From Candidatus Multivorans sp. (GTDB taxonomy: Bacteria; Acidobacteriota; Thermoanaerobaculia; Multivoradales; Multivoraceae): 64,000 bases of DNA. Positions 57,442-64,000 of the stretch are shown here, one piece after another; the stretch's first letter is position 1, and each line of letters opens with the position of its first letter. Made by a program: the position numbers and the translations under genes. The DNA lies in NCBI GenBank assembly GCA_965247095.1, contig OZ251997.1, forward strand, positions 1,248,001-1,312,000. Reading direction: 5' to 3'. Under the pieces are notes generated by a model. The model did not search any database. It saw only the letters and a list, made by a program, of their open reading frames with translations, and was not told where the DNA came from.

Positions 57442-58673
57442 CGCCTGTTCATCGAAAGTTCCTGCAGGAGGCTCCGGGCGGCCCTCTCGCTGGCGCCGGA
57501 CTCCCCGAGCGCCGGCCGGAGTTCGGCCAGATCCGCCCGCATGTTGTCGATCCGGCACCGTTTGGACAGGAGTTTCCGCGCCGTCGCCGCCATTTGCGCC
57601 TCACCAGCCTCACCCTGGAGCAGTTCCGGTACGACCCGACGACCGAGCACCAGGTTGACCAGGCTGACGAACGGCAGGTTAACCAACCATCGGCCGATGA
57701 GCCCGGTCAGCGGCGACACCCGGTAGACCACAACCATGGGCGTGCCCAGGAGCCCCACCTCCAGGGTCGCAGTGCCGGAAGCGCAGAGCGCGAGATGAGA
57801 GCCGGCAACCGCCGCAAACCGCCCTGAGCGGACCATCTCCAGGTCCTCGCGGGCTAGCGGGCTCGCCGCGACCAGACGATCAACCAGATCGGCATCCACC
57901 GTAGGCGCCAGGATCAGGCGAATGCACGCGGCGTCGTTACCGGAACCGGCTGCCGTCGTACCGTGCACTCGCCCGCCCGCCACGGCTGCCGCGGCCCGCA
58001 GCATCGGCGACAGGATCCGTCGCACCTCACTGTTGCGCGAGCCCGGCAGCAGCGCCACCGTCGGCCGTGCCGGCAGATCCGCCTCCACGTCCCACACCGA
58101 CTGGAGTTGGGGCACCTCATCGACCAGGGGATGGCCGACGTGCTCCACCTCGAGTTCGTGCCCCCGGTACACGTCGACCTCGAACGGAAAGAGCACGAGC
58201 ATGCGTTTCACCAGGCGGGCGATCGTTCCTATCCGGCGCCGGCGCCACGCCCACACCTGCGGCGACACGTAGTAGAGCACCGGCACGCCACGCCTGTGAA
58301 GCCGCCGGGCCAGGCGCAGATTGAAGTCCGGGAAATCGACCAGCACCGCCAGCTCCGGCCGGCGCTTCTCGACTGCCCTGAGCAGCCGGCGAAAGACCTG
58401 TCGAATCCGCGGCAGCTCCCGCAGAACCTCGACGATGCCGACCACGGCCACCTCGTCGCTGTGCGCGACCGGGTCCAAACCCGCCGCAGCCATCGCGTCG
58501 CCGCCGAGTCCGAAGAAGCGAATCGGCCCCTGGTCCCCAGCCAGACGCCGCACCGCTTCCATCATTCGCGCCGCGTGGTGGTCGCCGGAGGCCTCGCCGG
58601 CGGAGATCAGGACGGCCGGGCTGCCTTGGATCAGCGGGTTTGTCCTCAGGGAATCGGCGCCGGCGGCGACCAT
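57417..58673 (-). CDS. lpxB: Lipid-A-disaccharide synthase
   Basis: AGEASGD, VDFPDFN, YVSPQVWAWR, LLPGSR, SGTATLE; start ATG 58673 or CTG 58649. Confidence 0.92.
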   Translation of the reverse strand: MVAAGADSLRTNPLIQGSPAVLISAGEASGDHHAARMMEAVRRLAGDQGPIRFFGLGGDAMAAAGLDPVAHSDEVAVVGIVEVLRELPRIRQVFRRLLRAVEKRRPELAVLVDFPDFNLRLARRLHRRGVPVLYYVSPQVWAWRRRRIGTIARLVKRMLVLFPFEVDVYRGHELEVEHVGHPLVDEVPQLQSVWDVEADLPARPTVALLPGSRNSEVRRILSPMLRAAAAVAGGRVHGTTAAGSGNDAACIRLILAPTVDADLVDRLVAASPLAREDLEMVRSGRFAAVAGSHLALCASGTATLEVGLLGTPMVVVYRVSPLTGLIGRWLVNLPFVSLVNLVLGRRVVPELLQGEAGEAQMAATARKLLSKRCRIDNMRADLAELRPALGESGASERAARSLLQELSMNRRCREGGRP

Positions 58674-58843
58674 GGGAACGGGAACATCAACCAGGCCAGC
58701 ACCAAGCCCCCGCCGACCATGCCGATCATCATCTGCGCGAAGAGCCGCACCCTGTCCTTGAACCGCCGCCGCCACAGCACGGCGAAGAACAGGCTGACCT
58801 GGACGGCGTAGATCACCATCAAGGCGAAGTGGCTGGTTATCAC
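58646..58843 (-). CDS. Small two-TM membrane protein of unknown function
   Basis: GTG 58843: ITSHFALMVIYAVQVSLFFAVLW...LAWLMFPFP; tightly packed in the operon. Confidence 0.6.
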   Translation of the reverse strand: MITSHFALMVIYAVQVSLFFAVLWRRRFKDRVRLFAQMMIGMVGGGLVLAWLMFPFPWSPPAPIP

Positions 58844-58848
58844 TTCGA

Positions 58849-59259
58849 CTACTCCTTCGATCCGCTGGCGATGTCCCAGGCGTCGAACACCGCCAGGAGA
58901 TTGAGAAGACCGGCAGTCAGCAGGAACGCCTTGCCGTACTCGAAGGTCGAAGACAGGACGTCGCCGCTGTACTCCACCAGGTAGCGGGCCACGAAGTACG
59001 GGGCGCCGGCGCCCATCGAACTCAGAGTGGCCAGCCGGCTGAGCGGCTGCTCCGGCACGACGACGTAGAGGTGACCCCGGAGCCAGCACCCGAACAGGAA
59101 GGAGAACAGGACCACGCCGAAGACGACGGCAGCGCGACGCGGCTTGCGCAGAATCAGGTGGCCGCTGCCGGGCACCGCCCAGGCTGCAACCGTCACGAGC
59201 ACAGGCCGGAGCACACCGCTGGGCGCGGCGGGAGGGCCGGCTGGAGGCGAAGTCGTCAT
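58849..59259 (-). CDS. Membrane protein, DUF6677-like
   Basis: AWAVPGSGHL...FEYG..FLLTAGLLNLLAVFDA. Confidence 0.6.
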   Translation of the reverse strand: MTTSPPAGPPAAPSGVLRPVLVTVAAWAVPGSGHLILRKPRRAAVVFGVVLFSFLFGCWLRGHLYVVVPEQPLSRLATLSSMGAGAPYFVARYLVEYSGDVLSSTFEYGKAFLLTAGLLNLLAVFDAWDIASGSKE

Positions 59260-59313
59260 CTGGGCGCAGCGGGCTCAAGCCGGGCCTTGTGGGGCCCGGT
59301 CTGACTACCAAGG

Positions 59314-59595
59314 TCACTCGTCAGAGTTCAAGCGCTCCTTGAGTTCCTTGCCGGGCTTGAAGTACGGGATCTTCTTGGAGGGAACATCGACCCGGGCGCC
59401 TGTCTTCGGGTTGCGACCGATCCTGGAACCCCGCTCGCGGATGCGAAAACTCCCGAAGCCGCGAAGCTCGATCTTGTCGCCGTCCTTCAGGGAGTCGACG
59501 ATGCTCTCGAGCACCGTGCTCACGATGACTTCGGCGTCCTTCTTCGTCAAGTCGGTGCTGCGCGCCACTTCCTCGACCAGGTGAGCCTTGGTCAT
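59314..59595 (-). CDS. ihfB: Integration host factor beta / HU-family protein
   Basis: MTKAHLV, KIELRGFGSF, GRNPKTG, PYFKPGKELKE; downstream of rpsA. Confidence 0.85.
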   Translation of the reverse strand: MTKAHLVEEVARSTDLTKKDAEVIVSTVLESIVDSLKDGDKIELRGFGSFRIRERGSRIGRNPKTGARVDVPSKKIPYFKPGKELKERLNSDE

Positions 59596-59666
59596 CCCCT
59601 GGCGGATGGCTTCAGAGATCTGGATCGCATCTTTCATTTTCAGCTTTCTCCCCTTAGCCGGCCCGC

Positions 59667-61793
<2,127 letters not shown>

Positions 61794-62020
61794 GGGTTCC
61801 TGTGTTCTCGCTTCGGTCGGTGGACCGTGCGGTGGGCGTTTCTAGGTAGTGAGCGCACCGACAATCGGGCCCGTGACGCACTGCGCAAAGCAGACGTCGA
61901 GGCCCGAACGGACGCCAAGGTCAGACTGACAAGTATAGGGACGCAGCCGGAAGCGGTCAACCGCCCGGCGGCTCGCAGAACGTGCCATCCCGTATGGCCT
62001 AATCACTCATTCCACAACAC

Positions 62021-63100
62021 TTACGTGTCAAGTTCCGCCCGTTTCCGGAGCTGCTCCAGGGACCAGGATGCGTGGCTTCGGACGACGGGGTCACCGCTTG
62101 CCTGCGCCCGTTCGAGCGCGGGAATGTAGGCAGCTTCGCCCCGGTTCCCCATTGCCAACGCGGCGTTGCGCCGCAATCCGGAACGCCCGGGCCGCTTCAT
62201 CGGGCTGCCGCGGAAACGCGTTCGGTACTCGTCCTCCGACACCGCGAGGAGCGCCGTCAGATCGAGTTCGGCGCGAGCCGCGGGCAATTCGAACTCCCGG
62301 CTCCGCTCGGGCGTCGCCGGCGCGGCGCGATGGTCGTTCCAGGGGCACGCCTCCTGGCAGACGTCGCACCCGAAGACCCAGTCCCCGACCAGGGATCGCG
62401 CGTGGTCCGGAAGTTCGCCGCGGTGCTCGATCGTCCAGTAGCTGATGCACCTGCCGGCGTCCAGGACGTAGGGCGCCGGCAGCGCCCCGGTCGGACAGGC
62501 GTCGAGACAGCGCCGGCAGTTGCCGCAGAGGTCTTCGGCCAGCGGCTCGGAGGGCTCCAGTTCCAGGGTCAGGAACAGCTCGCCGAGCAGGAACCACGAT
62601 CCGGTGCGGTCGAGCAGCATGGTGTTCTTGGCAATGGCGCCAAGCCCCGCCCGCGCCGCCAGTTCTCTCTCGAGCACCGGCCCGGTGTCGACGTAGAGGC
62701 GCGCACCGGCGCCCGGGAACGCCTCCCGGATACGGGCCGCGAGCGCCCGCAGGCGCCGCTCCATCAGCGGGTGGTAGTCGTCGCCGCGGGCGTACCGGGC
62801 CACCCGGGGCCAGAGGTCGCCTTCGGGCTCGGGCTCGCCCTCCAGGGGGTGGTAGTGAAGCGCCACGCACACAACCGACCTCGCTCCGTCGAGCAACGAA
62901 GCCGGCACCAGGCGCCGCCGCGGCCGCCTGCCGAGCCAGGCCATGGAGGCGAACAGGCCCCGCTCCAGCCGGCGCAGGAAGGACGCGCCGGCGCCGGCCT
63001 GCGATTCCAGGGAAGCGACCCCCGCGCGGTCGAAACCGGCCTCGAGCGCCCACCCGGTCAGCAGCTCCGTGCGGTTCTTCGCCGCGCTGGCGGCGCTCAT
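62021..63100 (-). CDS. queG: Epoxyqueuosine reductase
   Basis: ARYARGDDYH, VDTGPVLER, CGNCRRCLDACPTGA, CISYWTIE, FGCDVCQEACPWN. Confidence 0.93.
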   Translation of the reverse strand: MSAASAAKNRTELLTGWALEAGFDRAGVASLESQAGAGASFLRRLERGLFASMAWLGRRPRRRLVPASLLDGARSVVCVALHYHPLEGEPEPEGDLWPRVARYARGDDYHPLMERRLRALAARIREAFPGAGARLYVDTGPVLERELAARAGLGAIAKNTMLLDRTGSWFLLGELFLTLELEPSEPLAEDLCGNCRRCLDACPTGALPAPYVLDAGRCISYWTIEHRGELPDHARSLVGDWVFGCDVCQEACPWNDHRAAPATPERSREFELPAARAELDLTALLAVSEDEYRTRFRGSPMKRPGRSGLRRNAALAMGNRGEAAYIPALERAQASGDPVVRSHASWSLEQLRKRAELDT

Positions 63101-63603
63101 CGCCGGTCTTCTGGCGGCGAGAGGATCTCGAAGCGGGTGGCGTGATCGTCGTTGAGGCCGGCGGGAACGTCCTCGAAGCTCTCGACCCGCCATCCCTGAA
63201 GGGGGCCGAGATCGACCGCCGTGTCGCCTTCGACATCCGCCAGTACCCGGGTCAGGTAGACCCGGTCGGCGAAACGGAACGCGGCCTGGAACAGGCCGGC
63301 GCCGCCGATCACGAACGCCTCCTCCTCCCCCGCTTCGCGGGCCGCGGCCAGCGCGTCGTCGAGCGACCGGAATGCGGCCGCGCCCGGCGCCTCGAAGTCC
63401 GACCGGGTGCTCAGTACGATGCACTCCCTTCCCGGAAGCGGCCGGCAACCGATCTCCTCCCATGTCCGCCGGCCCATCACCACATGATGGCCCACCGTCA
63501 GACGCTTGAAGCGGCTCACATCGGTCTGGAGTCGCCATGGAAGCTGGCCGTCCAAGCCGATGACGCCGTTCGTCGCCGCCGCCAGGATCACCGAGAGTCT
63601 CAT
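63097..63603 (-). CDS. folA: Dihydrofolate reductase
   Basis: NGVIG...LPW, VMGRRTW, PLPGR, VIGG. Confidence 0.93.
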   Translation of the reverse strand: MRLSVILAAATNGVIGLDGQLPWRLQTDVSRFKRLTVGHHVVMGRRTWEEIGCRPLPGRECIVLSTRSDFEAPGAAAFRSLDDALAAAREAGEEEAFVIGGAGLFQAAFRFADRVYLTRVLADVEGDTAVDLGPLQGWRVESFEDVPAGLNDDHATRFEILSPPEDRR

Positions 63604-63628
63604 CTCCACCTCCAGCACCGGGAACCGA

Positions 63629-64000
63629 TCAAACCGCGACCGGGGCGCGGATCGCCGGATGCGGGTCGTAGCCCACGAGTTCGAAGTCGTCGAGCACAAA
63701 ATCGAACACCGAACGCACGTCCGGATTCAGCCGCATCTCCGGCAGCGGCCGCGGCTGCCTGGACAACTGCTCGCGCGCCTGCTCCACGTGGTTGCTGTAC
63801 AGGTGGGCATCGCCAAACGTGTGAACGAACTCACCGGGCGCCAGTCCGCAGGTCTGGGCCACCATCATGAGCAGCAGGGCGTACGAGGCGATGTTGAAGG
63901 GGACCCCCAGGAACAGGTCGCCGCTGCGCTGGTAGAGCTGGCAGGAGAGGCGGCCGTCGGCGACGTAGAACTGGAACAGCGTGTGGCAGGGCGGCAGGGC
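63629..64000 (-). CDS. thyA: Thymidylate synthase, 3' part (5' end outside window)
   Basis: [13 protein letters not shown]...[38 protein letters not shown]. Confidence 0.95.
   Translation of the reverse strand, partial: ALPPCHTLFQFYVADGRLSCQLYQRSGDLFLGVPFNIASYALLLMMVAQTCGLAPGEFVHTFGDAHLYSNHVEQAREQLSRQPRPLPEMRLNPDVRSVFDFVLDDFELVGYDPHPAIRAPVAV

Noticed and set aside
61972-61988. Sigma54 promoter (TGGCAC) upstream of rpsA on the minus strand
   Set aside because: The GG-to-GC spacing is 8 nt rather than the required 10.
62021-63538. 505-aa queG with N-terminal extension
   Set aside because: The extension is an alternative frame over folA; queG starts at ATG 63100, overlapping the folA stop.

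Overview
This is a high-GC bacterial chromosome segment, mostly housekeeping genes. Gene content and order suggest a marine Acidobacteriota, possibly Thermoanaerobaculia-like or host-associated (inference only). From left to right: (1) an M16 peptidase (partial), cinA-like gene, enoyl-CoA hydratase, nfuA and a Uma2-family gene; (2) a complete Na+-NQR operon (nqrABCDEF-apbE-nqrM) that continues into an unusual fusion of archaeal-type 2-phosphoglycerate kinase and ApgM-type mutase, then a SpoU methyltransferase; (3) degP-NtrC regulator-B12-binding subunit-valS-birA on the minus strand; (4) rimP-nusA-infB-rbfA-DHH-truB-rpsO-pnp; (5) larC, radC and agmatinase; (6) a decayed accessory island at about 34.7-42.9 kb; (7) Na+ symporters and thrC; (8) a pseudokinase-GT2-GT4-CPBP protease cluster; (9) a minus-strand block from partial thyA through folA, queG, rpsA, ihfB, lpxB, yicC, gmk, rpoZ, coaBC and udg to a cysteine synthase. 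The island holds a frameshifted mazF with intact antitoxin, a CTAG-flanked MITE, an IS3 relic, a 128-bp copy of agmatinase sequence, a MobA/MobL relaxase relic and a DUF1640 relic. It also holds a metzincin-FN3 protease gene with two uncharacterised C-terminal repeats, split by an IS4 and an IS1182-like element. I saw no rRNA, tRNA or CRISPR. The best candidates for novel biology are the kinase-mutase fusion coupled to nqr, the protease C-terminal repeat domain and the pseudokinase cluster. All family assignments come from motif recognition by eye, not database searches.
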